From positions 212,809-244,808 of the forward strand of contig NZ_CP010546.1 of NCBI RefSeq assembly GCF_001272835.1: DNA of 32,000 nt, given 5' to 3'. Both the position numbers and the translations under genes were made by a program. Source of the DNA: Mycoplasmoides pneumoniae FH. GTDB lineage: Bacteria > Bacillota_I > Bacilli_A > Mycoplasmatales > Mycoplasmoidaceae. A model generated the notes under the pieces. That model searched no databases. It saw nothing but the letters and a program-made list of their open reading frames with translations, and was not told the origin of the DNA. Shown here in pieces: positions 22,032 to 32,000 of the stretch. The first letter of the stretch is position 1, and each line of letters starts with the position of its first letter.

Positions 22032-23859
22032 CCAATACAACTGAAACCTCGAAGTTTTACTAAATGGTAAGAGTTTAGCTGATAACTTTACCGAACTCAA
22101 ACAACTCAGTGAGCAGGAAAAAGCACTTTACGATGGTGGTGCTTGCTTTCAAACCAAAGCTAAGTTCACCGAATTTTTACAACTACAAGAAAAGATTGAG
22201 GTCTTAGAAAACCGTTACAGCAATTTTTTGAGTAACAAGCACGCTGAAAACAGTTTGGACAAAACGATTAACGACGCTTTATTTCAGTACGAAATGTTTA
22301 AAAGTGAACATGCCTTGGTGTTTGTTGACTTTGAAAAGAACCTGTTTAAGCACGAAAAGGTGATTCGCGCATACCTCCAAGACCCTGCTTTAAAACAATA
22401 CCAAAGGGATTTTGAACTAGTATGACGGAACAAGAAACACCAAATTGATCCCGCTAGTCAAAAGTTGTTAGCGCAAATTAGTCCGGCATTAAACCAAGCG
22501 GACAAGATCTTTAATGTGTTATCTACCGCTGACCTAAACCTCCAACCAGTCGTATACAAGGGTAAAACTTACGTTATTAACGCGGTTAGTGATTATCAAA
22601 GTCTCTTGGAAAATAAGGATCGTGGCCTGCGTGAAGCTGCTTACAAAGTGTGGTTGGAAATTTACTGACCCACACGCAATACCTTGAGTGTGAGTTTAGT
22701 GGAAAACTACATCCAATTAGAAACCTTTGCTAAGTTAAAGAAACACCCCAATTACATTGCCAAAACAGCTTTTGATGATGAAATTGATGTGGCTTTCATT
22801 GACTTTGTTTATGAGCAAGTGGCTAGCTTTGCCCCGACCTTTAAAGCCTTTCAAAGTTTAAGGAAGCAAATTTACAAGCACGTTTTAAAACTAGACAAAG
22901 CCCAACCTTGGGACTTGTCGGTACCGTTGTTTAAGGCTAGTGGTGACTACACCATTGAACAAGCCCAAACTGATGCGCTTAAGATATTAGCACCTATGGG
23001 TAGTGAATACCTGGAAGTGGTAAAGGAAGCCTTTCGGGAGCGCTGAATTTCCTGGTTACCCGATAAGAACAAGTATACCGGGGCTTACTCAATTTCCAAC
23101 GTTAAGGGTTTAGATCATTACTTCATTTTGATGAATTTTGATAAAACCCGCGCTTCATTAAATACCCTAGTCCATGAATTGGGTCACAGTGTCCATTCTT
23201 GGTATGCATCTAAGTACCAAACGCAAAACTTGGATCCTACAATTTTCTATGCTGAAATTGCTTCCATTTGTAACGAATTACTGTTGTGTTACCACGATAT
23301 TATTAACTATGAAAACCGCAATCCGCAGCAGTTAATCCGTAGTTTAATGGAACAAATTAGCCACTTCTTTGGCGCTACCACGAGACAGTTAATGTTCTCT
23401 CAGTTTGAACAAGACACCTTAAAGTTAATTCAGCAAAACCAAAAGCCTGACTTTAAGACCCTAGTGGAAATTTATGGTAAGACCGCCATTAAGTACCAAG
23501 CTGCTAATGCTGACGCTATTACGAAAAAGCTCAAGCAAACCAAGTACCAAAAGTCATTGGCTTACATTACCTCCATTCCGCATTTTTACGCTGGTAACTT
23601 CTATGTTTACAAGTACGCCATTGGTCAAGTTGTGGGTACCTTAGTTGGTAAAAAACTGAGTGCTGGTGACAGTAATATGCTCGCTGCTTACAAGCGCTTC
23701 TTGTCTTCAGGCTCCACCTTACCACCACTAGAAACAATTAAATTGTTAGGGATTGACCTTACCCAACCAGAACCGTGACAAGAAGCCCATGCGGAGTTAA
23801 AGCGCTGGATTAAACTAGTACAAACAGCCTTTAAACAGCTGCAACACAAAAAGCGCTAG
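22024..23859 (+). CDS. pepF: Oligoendopeptidase F-like M3 metallopeptidase (611 aa; several TGA=Trp)
   Basis: Continuous frame through TGAs; zinc motif [13 protein letters not shown]; [13 protein letters not shown]-like segment [11 protein letters not shown]. Confidence 0.93.
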
Positions 23860-24818
23860 TGCATTACTTTAACCGCGCCAAAAAGGCAAAGAACAATGAA
23901 TTTTATACCTTGTTTGAAGACATTGCCGCTGAAGTGGCATGTTATCCCAATGCCTTTAAGGGTAAGGTAGTGTTGTGTAATTGTAATGATGGTTACCAAT
24001 CGAACTTCTGGCAGTTTTTTCAAAGTCAGTTTCATGCTTTAGGACTCAAAAAACTAGTTGCGATTGCTTTTAATCCACTTGGCAACAGTTATCAACTCAA
24101 CTTCGATGGAAAGGAAATAAAGGAACTACCTTTAGCTGGTAATGGCAGCTTTGACAGTGCGGAAGCCATTGTTCTTTTAAAGCAAAGTGACATTGTGGTA
24201 ACTAATCCACCGTTTAGCTTGTTTCAGGACTTTGTTTGTCTTTTAGCAGAGCATGGCAAACAGTTTTTGGTTTTAGGTCACAATGGTGCTGTCGGTTATA
24301 ATCAGATCTTTAAGCTGTTTAAGGAAGAACAGTTGTGATATGGTCATACTGTTAACAGTTCGATGTTGTTCCAAGTGCAGTCTAACTTTAAACTGTATGA
24401 CCCCAAAAGCGTTAACTTTGTTAAAAAGTATGGTCAACTGTTTCAAAAAGTACCGGGAATTTCCTGGTTTACAAACCTCAAGAAAAACCAACAACCAGCT
24501 TGACTAAAAACAAAATCACGCTATCAGGGCAACGAACACAAATACCCCAAGTTTGACTGGTATGATGCCATTTTTGTCAGTAAGGTTAAAGAAATTCCCC
24601 TAGACTGATTTGGTTACATGGGGGTGCCATTAACCTTTCTCAATTGCTTTAATCCCAAACAGTTTGAGCTAATTGATTGTCTAGCCAATCCCTACGCTAC
24701 CCTAGACACATTAAAAACTAATGCTTATGTGAGATCACACCACGGTGATGTGAGGAATGTGAAGGGTAAGCGAAGGTATGTTAGGGTAGTGATTAAACAA
24801 CGTCAAAATGTGATTTAA
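23859..24818 (+). CDS. Solitary N6-adenine DNA methyltransferase (319 aa; GTG start; several TGA=Trp)
   Basis: DPPY-type catalytic motif present as NPPF in QSDIVVTNPPFSLFQDF; reads through TGA at 24336, around 24500 and around 24605; matches the recalled M. pneumoniae MPN198 position. Confidence 0.85.
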
Positions 24819-24911
24819 TGCCTTAAGTTAAGTAATTTTTGCAAAAAATTTCCTTTAATTTGCTAAATTATTTTAAGGATAGCACACTGCTGTCAAACCA
24901 AATGAGAACGA

Positions 24912-27347
24912 ATGAAATTCAAAATATTTTTGGGCAGCAGCTTTTTTGGTGTTGCCACCTTACTTAGTGCTTGTGGTACTGGTCGCTTTGATCAAATCGA
25001 TGATGGCAAAATTAAGCTTGCTGTTGTCACATCCCCTAGTGCCGCTAGTTCACTGCAAACCTTATTAGATCAATACAACAACACTAAAGCACCAGCTGAT
25101 TATCCAGTGGAAGTAGTTTCACTAGACAGTACTGGGAGCTATACTAAAGGGAAATTTGATACCCAAAAACGGTTAGCTGCTAAAGATAAAAATAACTTTT
25201 ATAACCTAACCTTTAACTACCCCGACTTAGTTTCATCTTTAGCAATTAACGGAATGGAACTCAACCTTGATGGGGTTAATGTTTCTAACTTCGAACAGTC
25301 TTTCTTAGACTTCAACAAGAACATTAGTGGCGTACGCAAACCCGGCATTTACGCCTTACCAGCTACCATGAGTGGTGAAGTTTTGGTTTTAAATGGGCCA
25401 GTTCTCCACTACATCTTGAACAGTGCCAAGAAGAAGGATGGTACCGAATCAAAAATTAAAACTGCTCAATTAAAAACAGCTTCAACTCAGGCAGAAGTTA
25501 AGGGTACTATGACCATGGCTAGTGATGAACAAACCACAAAGCTTTGGACTAATATTCAAAACGCCGCTAAGGAAAATGCCGATAACGGTACAACTGAGAA
25601 AGCGGAAAAAACAGTTTCCGCTAGTTCGTTGCAATTAAAAAATACGAATAAAACCACCGAAGGTACCCTAAAAATTGGTACTGATGACAACACTAAAAAT
25701 CTTTGAAAAAAGATTGAAGATGCCGCAAAAACTAACGGGGAAAAAGGTAATGAGAAGCAAGAAGCTACTCAAAGCAATGCTAGCGCTAGTCTCGTTAAGT
25801 TGGATCAAAAAAATACTAGTCAGGATAAAACTCAAAACACCCAGACTAGTGATGATGAAATTAAAAAATCTTGAGGCGAATATAAGGAAGTAGAAGGCGG
25901 TCTTAAGGGTTATGAATTTAAGGCTGATGTCTTTGAGAGTTGGGAAAAGTTAAACGATTTTGCAGTACGGGTAGCAAAGTCGTTTAGCAAGGTTTCTGAA
26001 GAGAAGAAAAGTGGTAGTGACATCCAGGGTGTTTTTGGCATTGGTAGTTTAGAAAATGCGCTTTACACTGCATCATTTGCAGCCGGTGGTGGCGACTATA
26101 ACAACTTCTTGTTTAACATTAAAAAAGGTCGCGCTGATTTTAGTAACTTCTTTAACCACAATTCAAAAACTTTCCAAAGTCTAAGAGATATTTTCAACAG
26201 CTTTAAGCCTTTAATTGACCAAAAGGGTTTAATTAATAACAAACACTTTGATACTCCAGTGAATAATTACGCTAAATTTCACCAATTGGCATTCTATGTA
26301 TCATCGACAGCTCGCTTTCCTTACTCGTTTGCCAAAGATAATGTAAAACGCTTAATTATTGGTAAACGCGAATTGGAAGTAAACCCTAAATCAATGTTTG
26401 CCATTAAGAAGGAAAACGGCAATAACGGTAACAGCAACCTCTTAGGTAAAGTTGCACTAGATAACAATAAATCTATTGAACTTTACGAAAATAATATTCC
26501 TAACGGTAAAACTGATGCCATCTTAATTAAGAACCAAACTTTAATTAGTGCGTTGAAGAATCCAAAACAGACAAAGAGCTCTCAAAGATCTTCTCAGTCT
26601 ACAAACACCCAAAATGATGCCATTTGTTACTTAGCCTTCAACAGCAAGATTAGACCAGACGATAAAGACATTTTCCTATTAGACAAATTTGGTGAAAAAT
26701 TTGTCACCGCAATTGTTAACTTTGAAGAAAAAACGGAGGTCAAAATTAATACGCTCCAAGAAAAGGAAGCTGTTGTTTTACCAGCACCACAAAAGTTTAA
26801 ACCTACTGATCCAAAATCAGTGGCACTTGTTCAAGGTCCAAGTTTAATCGGTATTCACGCTAACGCTAACGAAGACCGTTCAACCATTAAGTTTCTCAAC
26901 TGGTACCTTAATGCTGAAGTTGATTGAAAAGATGGAGAAAAGAAAACACCAGCAGAATACTTAGCAGAAAAAGCTTCTTACCTATTGCCGTTTAAAAAAG
27001 TATTAGAAAAATCCAAGCAAAACATAAAAGCGACCTCTAAGGAAGGAGAGCAAAATCAAGGCAAGAAAGGTGATGGTGCACAGAACCAAGGTAAGAAGGG
27101 CGATGGAGCTCAAAATGGTAAGAATGATAAAGCAAAGCACAATGGTTTTGTCGATATTGCCGTCAGCCAATTTTTAAACGGTTCTGTCGCTAAGTTTGTG
27201 GAACCAGCTGACTTTTTAGGTATTCGCTTACGTGATGCCGTTAAGAGTACCTTTAACGCTGCCATTAACAACACCTCAATTAACTTTGACAAGTTCATTC
27301 AGTACATTAACGATTCTTTAGGTAGCGACTTTAAGCAAAGACAGTAG
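24912..27347 (+). CDS. Large lipoprotein, Mycoplasma MG185/MG260-type family (811 aa; internal TGA=Trp)
   Basis: Signal peptide with lipobox LLSAC ([24 protein letters not shown]); frame joins ORFs 24912..25706, 26109..26927 and 26985..27347 through TGAs; C-terminus resembles the mycoplasma lipoprotein 10 family. Confidence 0.88.
25503..25730 (+). repeat. Two diverged copies of a module (GTxxxxxDxxTxxLWxxIxxAAK) spaced 159 bp (53 codons) apart
   Basis: [23 protein letters not shown] at 25503 and [23 protein letters not shown] at 25662; TGG 25545 aligns with TGA 25704. Confidence 0.6.
27051..27110 (+). repeat. 30-bp tandem repeat, 2 copies plus a partial, encoding [10 protein letters not shown]
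   Basis: caaaatcaaggcaagaaaggtgatggtgca / cagaaccaaggtaagaagggcgatggagct / caaaatggtaagaatgat... Confidence 0.75.
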
Positions 27348-27476
27348 TTTAAACTGATTCTTTACCTCTAAATAAAAATACTAAAGCCCATTAAAGCCGA
27401 ACCACTAATTTTGCCCTAGCTTGTAAAGCAGTTAAATATTTTTTAAGATATCTTCACCTCTTTTTTGCGTTTAGTG

Positions 27477-29873
27477 ATGAAATTTAAGTATGGTGCCATT
27501 GTTTTCAGTGGTCTTTTAGGAGTCTCTGCCATTTTAGCTGCTTGTGGTACACGCGGTAAATTTGACCAAATTGATGATGGCAAAATTAAGCTAGCATCTT
27601 CGTTAACTTCCAAAGGTGCCGCTAATGCTTTACAAGCAATTGTGAAGAAGTATAACGAGGTTAAAAAGCCTGGTGATTACCCAATTGAAATAACCCAAAT
27701 TGCGGGTGGTTACGACCAAGCACGCGTTGACTTACAATCACGGGTTGGTGTTAAGGATAAAACCAATTTTTACAACCTCATTTTGAACTATCCCGATGTA
27801 GTTTCAGTGCTAGCACGTAACCAAATGGAACTGCCATTTGATGGTGTTGATGTTTCTAAAATTTCACCTAACTTTTTAAATTTTAACGAACGTATTAGCG
27901 GAGTTTCTAAAAAGGCTAACTATGCCATTCCGGTCTCTGTTTCGACTGATATTTTAGTGCTCAATGGACCAGTTTTGCACTACATTTTAAACAGTGCTAA
28001 AGGTGAAAGTAAGGGCGCACAAAAAGATAACAAGAGTGCTGAAGTTCAAAGAAAAAGTACAGGTCAAAAGACCGTTACCCAACCTTTAACTATTGCAACT
28101 GATTCTGCTACAAACGGTCTTTGGAAAAAGATTGAAGATGCTGCAAAAGTCAACGGTAAAAAGAAAGAAGAGAAAAAGAGTACACGCAGTAAAAGAGCCA
28201 CAGAAGGCACACAAACCACCAAAGAAAATACGGGTGGTGATGCTGCAACAAGTGATACCAAAATTAAAGAATCTTGAGGTGCTTACCAAGAAGTAGAAGG
28301 CGGCTTAAAGGGTTATCAATTTAAAGCCATTGTTTTTGAAAACTGACACGATCTAATTGATTTTTCTACCAGAGTAGCTAAATCATTTAGCAAGGTCAAA
28401 GATAACAGCAACAAGAAAGGCAATGAAATTCAAGGTGTGTTAGGTGTTGATAATTCACCTAATGCTTTACTATCTTCGGTGTTTGCTGCTGGTAACAGTG
28501 ACTATAACAACTTCTTTTATAAGGTGCAAAATGGTCGGGCTGACTTTAGCAACTTTAACAATAAAGGCAGTTCTTATCAAAACCTTAAAAATGTCTTTAA
28601 CGACTATAAGAACCTAATTGCACAAAATGGTCTTTATGTAAATAAAGGCGGCTCTTACTCTTCAAACTTCCAAAAGTTTCACCAGTTAGCTTACAGCATT
28701 TCCTCTACTTCTGGTTTTGCTTATTCGTTTGCTGGACAAAATTCCAAACGTTTTAAATTTACTGATGATGGTACTTTTGTTGAGTATCCTAGTTATACAA
28801 CTGAAGTTAATGCACCAGAAAGTAATAATGGCAATGATGGAAAGCAACAAGGTCAAAGTGATCAAGGAAACCTTTTAGGAACTTTTGAAGTTGTAGATAA
28901 AAGTACTAGTGATATAAAGGTGAAACCTAAAACTCAAGCGGAATCAAAGAAAAGTAGTGATAGTAAACAAACTGCAAACACAGGCAAAGGCAGTAATTCA
29001 AAACAACAAACTCCGAAGAAAACTATTTCGCTTTATAAAACCAAAATTCCTCAAGATAAAACAGAAAACGTTGACGCTTTTTTAGTTACTGATTCAGAAT
29101 TAATTAGCAAACTTGAAAAAGCTAAAAATAAAAAGGAAGAAACTAAAGCTTCAGGTAAATCTGCATCTGCACGTGTGGCAGTTCAAGCAACTCAAAAGAA
29201 ACAGTCTAACGAAAAGCAGATAGTTGGTTACACTACTACATCCGCATTAAGCGAAGACGGCAAACACATTTTTAAATTGGGTAAACTCAACAGCGAGAAC
29301 TATGAGCGCAAAATCATTGTTGGTGCTACTGTAGAAACACTAGAACAATCCACTACCTTGCAAAGTGAAGAAGCAATTGTTTTAGCAGCACCTGGTAAGT
29401 ACAAGGATAGTGATCAAAAGAGAGTTATGATCACCCAAGGTCCTAACCTAATAGGGGTTCATGCTAATACTAAAGAAAATGAAGAGACTAAGAAATTTGT
29501 TAACTGGTTTTTAAATAAAACCGAAAGTTGAGAAGTTAAAGGAAACGGAAAGGATTCACAAACTACTAAATCACTTACACCAGCGCAATATTTTGCTGAA
29601 TCAGCATCTTATATTTTGCCGCTAAAGGAAACTGTTGAAAAAGATCATAAAGAACAAACTAATAAAAACACCTATGTTGCCAAAGCTTTAGAAATGCTCA
29701 AGGAAGTTAGTGAAAACAAATCAGTCAGCTATAGTGATCCGAGTGATTTTAGAAGTGGTAGATTCCGTGATGCACTTGGTGCTAACTTTAATGCCACTAT
29801 TAATTCAAAAGCAAATTTTGAAAAGTTTTTCCAAGGTTTTAAAGCTGCATTAGGCTCTGATTTTGATAAATAG
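27477..29873 (+). CDS. Paralogous large lipoprotein, MG185/MG260-type family (798 aa; internal TGA=Trp)
   Basis: ATG 27477 ([40 protein letters not shown]), lipobox ILAAC; ORFs 27465..28277, 28437..29531 and 29616..29873 are co-frame; strong similarity to the preceding gene. Confidence 0.88.
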
Positions 29874-29934
29874 AATAGAAGTTTTTAGTTGCTTTTTAGA
29901 TAAAAATTTCAAATATTTCTCCTTTATAAAACAA

Positions 29935-29959
29935 TCTTTCAAAAAGCTTTTTAGAAAGA
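29935..29959 (+). other. Near-perfect 25-bp palindrome TCTTTCAAAAAGCTTTTTAGAAAGA
   Basis: TCTTTC/GAAAGA and AAAAAGC/GCTTTTT arms with one unpaired A, 18 nt before the hsdS start. Confidence 0.7.
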
Positions 29960-29977
29960 AATTAAACTGTTACTGTC

Positions 29978-31063
29978 GTGGAGATTAAAACTTACAAAAT
30001 CAAAGATATTTGTGATATTACACGCGGTAGAGTTATCAGCAAATTGGACATTAAAAAAGATCCAGGAGTTTTTCCTGTTTATTCGGCAGCTACTAATAAC
30101 GATGGGGAGTTTGGTCGAATAAATTCTTATGACTTTGATGGTGAATATGTTACTTGAACAGCTGACGGTTATGGAGGGGCTGTTTTTTATCGTAATGGTA
30201 AATTTAGCATCACAAATCTTTGTGGTCTTTTGAAAGTAAAAAATAAAGAAATTAGTTCAAAATATCTTGCTCATATTTTGAAACTAGAAGCACCGAAATT
30301 CACAAACCGTGTTTTTAAAAATAGACCTAAGTTAACACATAAAACAATGGCCGAAATTCCCATTGATTTCCCACCCTTGAAAATTCAAGAGAAAATTGCT
30401 ACTATCTTAGATACTTTTACCGAGCTAAGGGCGCGCAAGAAGCAGTATGCCTTCTATCGCGATTATCTGCTTAATCAAGAAAATATCCGAAAAATTTATG
30501 GAGCAAATATACCTTTCGAAACTTTTCAAGTAAAGGATATTTGTGAAATTAGAAGAGGTCGAGCGATCACTAAAGCGTATATTAGGAATAATCCTGGAGA
30601 AAATCCAGTTTATTCCGCAGCTACCACAAATGATGGTGAGTTAGGACACATTAAAGATTGCGACTTTGATGGTGAATACATCACTTGAACTACAAATGGT
30701 TATGCTGGAGTAGTTTTTTATCGTAATGGCAAGTTTAATGCATCACAAGATTGCGGTGTTTTAAAAGTTAAAAATAAAAAAATCTGCACCAAATTCCTAT
30801 CCCTTTTATTAAAGATAGAAGCGCCAAAATTCGTTCATAATCTAGCTTCAAGACCAAAATTAAGCCAAAAAGTAATGGCTGAAATCGAACTCTCTTTCCC
30901 ACCTCTAGAAATCCAAGAAAAGATTGCCGATATTCTCTTTGCTTTTGAAAAACTTTGCAATGATTTAGTAGAAGGTATTCCTGCCGAAATTGAATTGCGT
31001 AAAAAGCAATTGGATTACTATCAGAACTTCTTATTTAATTGAGTTCAAAAAATAAGAAATTAG
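29978..31063 (+). CDS. hsdS: Type I restriction-modification specificity subunit HsdS (361 aa; GTG start; internal TGA=Trp)
   Basis: Two copies of the ICxIxRGRxI...NPVYSAATxNDGExG...DFDGEYxTW...YRNGKF TRD and two FPPLxIQEKIAxIL conserved helices. Confidence 0.9.
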
Positions 31064-31089
31064 AAAGTCTCAAATCTCTTTAATAATAA

Positions 31090-32000
31090 AAGTTAGTTCA
31101 GCAAACCACAAACTGATCCCACTTCTCCCCCACGCTCACCCGCTTCTCCACCGGGTTCAACCTCGCGGGGTCGGTGCTCGACCAGGTGTTGGATTATATT
31201 CCCTGGATTGGGAATGGGTACAGGTATGGCAATAACCACCGGGGCGTGGATGATATAACCGCGCCTCAAACCGGCGCGGGGTCGTCCAGCGGAACTAGTA
31301 CGAACACAAGTGGTTCGCGTTCCTTTCTCCCGACGTTCTCGAATGTCGGCGTTGGTCTCAAAGCCAACGTCCAAGCCACGCTCGGTGGCAGTCAGACGAC
31401 GACTACAGGCGGCTCCAAATGATCCACCCTCGACAAAGCCAACCTCCAGCCCTGAACGGGGGCGGGGTGAAGGAATGATAAGACTACTGGGAATAACACC
31501 CAAGGCAACGAAAACCACACCACCTTTAAAAACGCTACGGGGATGGGCAGTCAAAACCAGGGTTCTACAACAACTACCTCAGCGGGCAATCCCGATTCTT
31601 TAGTTACTGATAAAGTTGATCAAAAAGGTCAGGTGCAAACAAGTGGTCAAAATTTAAGTGAGACCAACTACACCAACCTCCCCCCCAACCTCACCCCCAC
31701 ATCCGACTGACCGAACGCGCTCAGCTTCACCAACAAGAACAACGCGCAGCGCGCCCAGCTGTTCCTGCACGGCTTGTTGGGCAGCATCCCGGTGTTGGTT
31801 AATAAGAGTGGCGAAAATAACGAAAAATTCCAAGCCACCGACCAAAAATGGTCCTACACCGAATTAAAGTCGGATCAAACCAAGCTCAACCTCCCCGCTT
31901 ATGGTGAGGTGAATGGGCTGTTGAATCCGGCGTTGGTGGAAACCTATTTTGGGACGACGCGTACGTCTAGCACTGCGAACCAAAACAGTACAACCGTCCC
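31090..32000 (+). repeat. RepMP2/3-type repeat of the P1 cytadhesin; continuous reading frame (TGA=Trp) with no obvious start, extends past the window
   Basis: Frame gives [94 protein letters not shown]...[46 protein letters not shown]..., closely matching the recalled P1 central/C-terminal sequence. Confidence 0.85.

Noticed and set aside
23859-24818. Methyltransferase as a frame-broken pseudogene
   Set aside because: All internal stops in this frame are TGA, which is Trp here; the frame is intact to TAA/TGA-independent end at 24818.
28093-28296. 67-aa alternative-frame ORF (and minus-strand ORFs 28064..28261, 28086..28289) inside lipoprotein 2
   Set aside because: Nested in the K-rich linker of a confident lipoprotein CDS; no supporting signal.
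29978-31063. Complete type I RM system or a novel defence island around hsdS
   Set aside because: No hsdM or hsdR, helicase, nuclease or other defence gene is detectable in the window; only a solitary specificity subunit and a distant solitary methyltransferase.
31093-31554. 153-aa minus-strand and 97-aa alternative-frame plus-strand ORFs in the P1-like repeat
   Set aside because: Arg/Pro/Gly-rich composition typical of off-frame readings of GC-rich RepMP sequence; the P1 frame is the homologous one.

Overview
This window matches a Mycoplasma pneumoniae-type chromosome region, read with genetic code 4 (TGA = Trp). The supplied ORF track splits many genes at TGA; I rejoined them. Left to right: a DUF2130-like coiled-coil protein; a His-rich lipoprotein; a small membrane protein; the S10-spc-alpha ribosomal protein supercluster (rpsJ rplC rplD rplW rplB rpsS rplV rpsC rplP rpmC rpsQ rplN rplX rplE rpsN rpsH rplF rplR rpsE rplO secY adk map infA rpmJ rpsM rpsK rpoA rplQ); the ECF transporter module (ecfA1, ecfA2, ecfT); truA; pepF; a solitary N6-adenine DNA methyltransferase; two tandem paralogous MG185/MG260-family lipoproteins; a solitary type I RM specificity subunit (hsdS) with two similar target-recognition halves; and the start of a P1-adhesin RepMP2/3-type repeat that runs off the right edge. 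All genes are on the + strand. I see no convincing undescribed multi-gene system. The most interesting items are the RepMP2/3 silent cassette with no obvious start codon, the internally duplicated HsdS, the lipoprotein pair with a 53-codon internal module duplication, the large insertion in EcfT, the tandem-repeat tail of L23, and several unannotated intergenic hairpins or palindromes, including a candidate leader hairpin before rpsJ. Species and family assignments come from recalled protein sequences and gene order, not from a database search.
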